This document shows, in pieces, positions 60,629-64,000 of a stretch of DNA of 64,000 bases. This stretch comes from Methanotrichaceae archaeon. Its GTDB lineage: Archaea > Halobacteriota > Methanosarcinia > Methanotrichales > Methanotrichaceae. Positions within the stretch are counted from its first letter, which is position 1. Every line of letters starts with the position of its first letter. The stretch covers positions 32,001-96,000 of the forward strand of contig CAVVKN010000003.1 of NCBI GenBank assembly GCA_963748825.1. Direction: 5' to 3'. Made by a program: the position numbers and the translations under genes. The notes below the pieces were generated by a model. It was given only the letters and a program-made list of their open reading frames with translations, ran no database searches and was not told the origin of the DNA.

Positions 60629-60821
60629 GGACGTTAGAGACCATGACCCCGATCCGAGCAATATCTCGGGACGCTATCAAGTCTCCAAAGCGAGTTTCAA
60701 TGCTGATGCAGAGGTTCGGCACGACAGCCGCAAGGTATATATTCGGCGCGTGTCGTACTACGTCGCGTGTCGTAGTACTATGTGATAAGTACTTAACTCA
60801 AATAAGGAGGAGTGTTTCTTT

Positions 60822-62663
60822 ATGTCTTTCCGGTTGGCAAGCTTGATGATAATATCCTTATTCTCGGTGGCTCTCCTTGCAGCCCCTGTCTTGGGAATTT
60901 CGGTTAGCGTCTCCACTGGAGACGGCAGCGGCGTGGCAACTTCTTCCAGCAGCTACAGCCTGGATGATTCGACCTCACTAAAGGAGCAGACCACCCTCAA
61001 GGATAGCGAGCTGCAAAAGAGCCTGCAGGCCAGCGGCAAGGAGAAGAATGAAATCAGCCAGCAGATGTCGGGCGGCTCCTCCTCTTTACAGAGCAGCCTC
61101 TGCAGCCAGGGAAGCCTGGATATCTCCTCTTCGGGCTATGCATCGTCAGGCTCGGCCAGTCTCGGAGTGGGCTTATCTGCGCAGGGAGACATCTCTTTAT
61201 CCGGGCAGGCCAGCCAGGGCCGGGCTGAGAGCGTCCAGGAAGCGGGCGTGGCCGGCGGCCTGATCTCCACCAGCCAGAGCCTCTCTGCCGGACAGGGCGC
61301 GCTTTCCAGCCAGAGCACGGCGATGGCGGGCGTAGCGGGCTACTTGGCCTCCGCCGCTTTTTCGGAGCAAAATGACATGGTGGCCACAGGAAGCTTTTTG
61401 GGCGACGGGCAGTTAAGCGCTGATCTGGGCGCTCTCTCCGCAGGCACGGCTGCGACCAGCGGGCAGGCGGCCATGGACGGGGTGACTTATCTTAACTACG
61501 CGACTTTCCAGGAGATATCCTCGGAGAGCCTGGGAATGCGCATGATGGGCCTACGCGAAACGGGAAATGGCATTGGCACCTTTGACCTGGATGTATTCAA
61601 TAGAGAGGCCGCCGACAGCCCCGCTTATGATCAGGCCGCGGACGAATCGGGCGGTTCCTCATCCTCCTACGATTTGACAGGGTACAGATGGAACCAGAAC
61701 AACCCCCAGATACAGCTTTACTACAATCCAACCGGCAAGCCCTCCGGCCTGGTAGACACTGCGGCCCGGGATGCCATAGCCGCCGCAGCCAACACCTGGG
61801 ATGATGCCGTGGCCCAAAACATCTTCAAGGATACCAGCACTGTAATTGTGGACACCTCCAAGACGGTGAGTAACCCCTTTGCATCCGGCTCCATGGACGG
61901 CTACAATGTCAACGGCTGGTGGAGCCTGGGCGGCAGCACATTGGGACTCAGCCGCTGGTGGTATGATCCCGGCTCGCTGGTGGGCGGATACAAGGGCATC
62001 CTGGAGACGGATCTCTGGTATACCAAGGACAAGAGCTGGACCACCGATTGGAATACCGCGGTCAACAACGGGAATATTATCGATCTGCAGAGCGTAGCTA
62101 CGCACGAGCTGGGGCACTCCATCGGCATGGGTGATCTCTATACTCTGCCTTCCAGCGATCCGCGCAAGAACGACTATGCTCAGGTCATGAACCTGTACGA
62201 TGCGCCGCAGAGGGCGCTGGGGAACGGGGACCGGACGGGGGCGCAGGTGATGTATGGTGCCGGTACGATCTCTCCTACTCCATCTTATATGGCCCTTCAA
62301 GCATATAACGGCCAATATGTCTGTGCCGAAGGCGGCGGCGGTCGAGAAGTGGTTGCGAATCGTAATGCGGTAAATGCTTGGGAGACGTTTAAGCTCTTAA
62401 ATTTGGGCAATAACAATGTGGCCCTTCAAGCATATAACGGCCAATATGTCTGTGCCGAAGGCGGCGGCGGTCGAGAAGTAGTTGCGAATCGTAATGCGGT
62501 AAATGCTTGGGAGACGTTTAAGCTCTTAAATTTGGGCAATAACAATGTGGCCCTTCAAGCATATAACGGCCAATATGTCTGTGCCGAAGGCGGCGGCGGT
62601 CGAGAAGTGGTTGCGAATCGTAATGCGGTAAATGCTTGGGAGACCTTTAGGTCTTCTTCCTAA
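60822..62663 (+). CDS. Secreted metzincin metallopeptidase with C-terminal fascin-like beta-trefoil
   Basis: Paralog of 59117-60628 with HELGHSIGMGD and QVMN, plus three 43-aa fascin repeats. Confidence 0.88.
   Translation: MSFRLASLMIISLFSVALLAAPVLGISVSVSTGDGSGVATSSSSYSLDDSTSLKEQTTLKDSELQKSLQASGKEKNEISQQMSGGSSSLQSSLCSQGSLDISSSGYASSGSASLGVGLSAQGDISLSGQASQGRAESVQEAGVAGGLISTSQSLSAGQGALSSQSTAMAGVAGYLASAAFSEQNDMVATGSFLGDGQLSADLGALSAGTAATSGQAAMDGVTYLNYATFQEISSESLGMRMMGLRETGNGIGTFDLDVFNREAADSPAYDQAADESGGSSSSYDLTGYRWNQNNPQIQLYYNPTGKPSGLVDTAARDAIAAAANTWDDAVAQNIFKDTSTVIVDTSKTVSNPFASGSMDGYNVNGWWSLGGSTLGLSRWWYDPGSLVGGYKGILETDLWYTKDKSWTTDWNTAVNNGNIIDLQSVATHELGHSIGMGDLYTLPSSDPRKNDYAQVMNLYDAPQRALGNGDRTGAQVMYGAGTISPTPSYMALQAYNGQYVCAEGGGGREVVANRNAVNAWETFKLLNLGNNNVALQAYNGQYVCAEGGGGREVVANRNAVNAWETFKLLNLGNNNVALQAYNGQYVCAEGGGGREVVANRNAVNAWETFRSSS
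62290..62645 (+). repeat. 129-bp near-identical tandem repeat (~2.8 copies)
   Basis: TGGCCCTTCAAGCATATAACGGCC recurs at 62290, 62419 and 62548. Confidence 0.95.
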
Positions 62664-62785
62664 CCAACTTTTCTTATGGCTTCGAGGCTTTCTTGAAGCA
62701 GCGACCATCTATTCGGTTCAGATAACCTTTTTATCATGTTAGATCCTTTAGCCAAATCCGTATCAATAGGACGTCGGTGTTTGCT

Positions 62786-64000
62786 ATGAGGATATCCATA
62801 GTAGGAGGGGGGTATGTTGGGCTAGTTTCAGCAACTTGCTTAGCAGACCTTGGGCATTCTGTTATCCTGATCGATATTGATGAGGATCGAGTAGAAGCTA
62901 TCAATGGTGGGATGTCGCCTATTTACGAAAAAGGCCTAATTGAACTCCTATCAGCACATATTGGCAGAGGTCTCCAAGCAACAACAGGCTACAAGGACCT
63001 TGTTAGTTCCGACCTTACTCTGATCTGCGTCGGCACTCCCTCGCTTCCGGATGGCAGTGCAGATTTATCTATGATTGAATCAGCAAGCGCCTTGATAGGG
63101 AGCGCTCTTGAGGAGAAGGAGAAGTACCATGTGGTGGCAGTGAAGAGCACTGTGCCTCCAGGAACAACACAAAATCTGGTGATGCCTGCGGTCTTGAAGC
63201 ATAGCGGCAAAAGCGCAAGCAAGATTGGCTTTGTCATGAATCCGGAGTTCCTGAGGGAGGGGCTCGCGGTCCAGGACTTCATGAAGCCAGATAGGATCGT
63301 GATTGGTAGTTCTGATGAACAGGCGGGTGATATAGTTGAATCAGTCTATCGTAGGATCGATGCGCCAATTGTTAGGACTGGCCTAATCGCGGCAGAAATG
63401 ATCAAGTACACATCTAATGCCTTCTTGGCTACGAAGATATCATTCTCCAATGAGATAGGAAATGTCTGCAAGAAACTGGGTATTGATGTCTATGAGGTCA
63501 TGAAGGGAGTCGGCCTGGATCATAGGATCAATCCCTACTTCCTAAATGCTGGTGTAGGCTTTGGAGGAAGTTGCTTCCCGAAAGACGTCTCTGCACTCAT
63601 CCATCTTGCAGAGAGAATGGAAGTGACTCCGGTCCTGCTCAGATCCGTTATAGAAGTAAATAAGCAGCAGCCTATGAAAATAGTCGAAATTCTTTTAAAA
63701 AGGGCAAAAGATATCAAGGGTAAGCGAGTAGCAGTTCTCGGTCTTGCATTTAAGAACGATACGGATGATGTGAGGGAATCAAGGGCAGTGCCAGTTATAA
63801 AAGAGATTGTAGGAAGGGGTGCACAGGTTGTCGCTTATGATCCCAAGGCAAATGAGTCTATGCGAGAGATACTGCCCGAAATAGAGTACTGCAAGAGCGC
63901 TTCCGATGCACTGATTGGCGCAGATGCCGTCCTCGTTCTAACAGAATGGCCTGAGTTTGGAGATCTGGATAAGGAGTTCGAACTTATGCGATCCAGGGTT
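62786..64000 (+). CDS. UDP-glucose/GDP-mannose dehydrogenase (runs off window end)
   Basis: Not in the ORF track. Manual translation MRISIVGGGYVGL...CVGTP...KSTVPPG...NPEFLREG...GFGGSCFPKD...LGLAFK..TDD.RES. Confidence 0.95.
   Translation, partial: MRISIVGGGYVGLVSATCLADLGHSVILIDIDEDRVEAINGGMSPIYEKGLIELLSAHIGRGLQATTGYKDLVSSDLTLICVGTPSLPDGSADLSMIESASALIGSALEEKEKYHVVAVKSTVPPGTTQNLVMPAVLKHSGKSASKIGFVMNPEFLREGLAVQDFMKPDRIVIGSSDEQAGDIVESVYRRIDAPIVRTGLIAAEMIKYTSNAFLATKISFSNEIGNVCKKLGIDVYEVMKGVGLDHRINPYFLNAGVGFGGSCFPKDVSALIHLAERMEVTPVLLRSVIEVNKQQPMKIVEILLKRAKDIKGKRVAVLGLAFKNDTDDVRESRAVPVIKEIVGRGAQVVAYDPKANESMREILPEIEYCKSASDALIGADAVLVLTEWPEFGDLDKEFELMRSRV

Noticed and set aside
56236-62645. 129-bp repeats as a CRISPR array or DGR template/variable repeats
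   Set aside because: Units are contiguous, in frame and spacerless; no cas or reverse transcriptase gene is present and differences are not adenine-specific.

Overview
Archaeal DNA, most likely an acetoclastic methanogen of the genus Methanothrix (Methanosaeta). This is inferred from the MC1 chromatin protein, archaeal-type AspRS with gatCAB, iorAB and the style of the secreted Ser/Gly-rich, TPR and HEAT proteins. The first ~50 kb is mostly housekeeping and transport: gatCAB, two phenylacetate-CoA ligases, dUTPase, endonuclease III, tRNA-Glu and tRNA-Val, FBPase/IMPase with NAD kinase, two ABC-2 exporters, aspS, MC1, iorAB, rubrerythrin, xseAB, cbiMNQO, larB and EndoQ. It also holds three sodium:solute symporter (SSS) genes, each preceded by a tiny membrane ORF. 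An intact IS200/IS605-type tnpB element lies at ~23.6-24.9 kb. From ~51 kb the region is accessory: a truncated tnpB, an intact IS1634 with a 6-bp target duplication, and secreted HEAT, fascin and Asp-metzincin proteins, followed by a UDP-glucose dehydrogenase. The best leads are: (1) an unannotated, heavily base-paired ~370-nt candidate ncRNA with a possible pseudoknot at 52.49-52.86 kb; (2) an operon of a KaiC-like ATPase, a small membrane protein and a CrbS/CbrA-type SLC5-STAC sensor whose histidine kinase is replaced by two DUF835 domains; (3) a ~105-nt three-way-junction sRNA candidate between cbiO and larB. Four conserved-looking genes carry single extra bases, which suggests sequencing error. 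All calls come from manual motif recognition; no database search or folding program was run.
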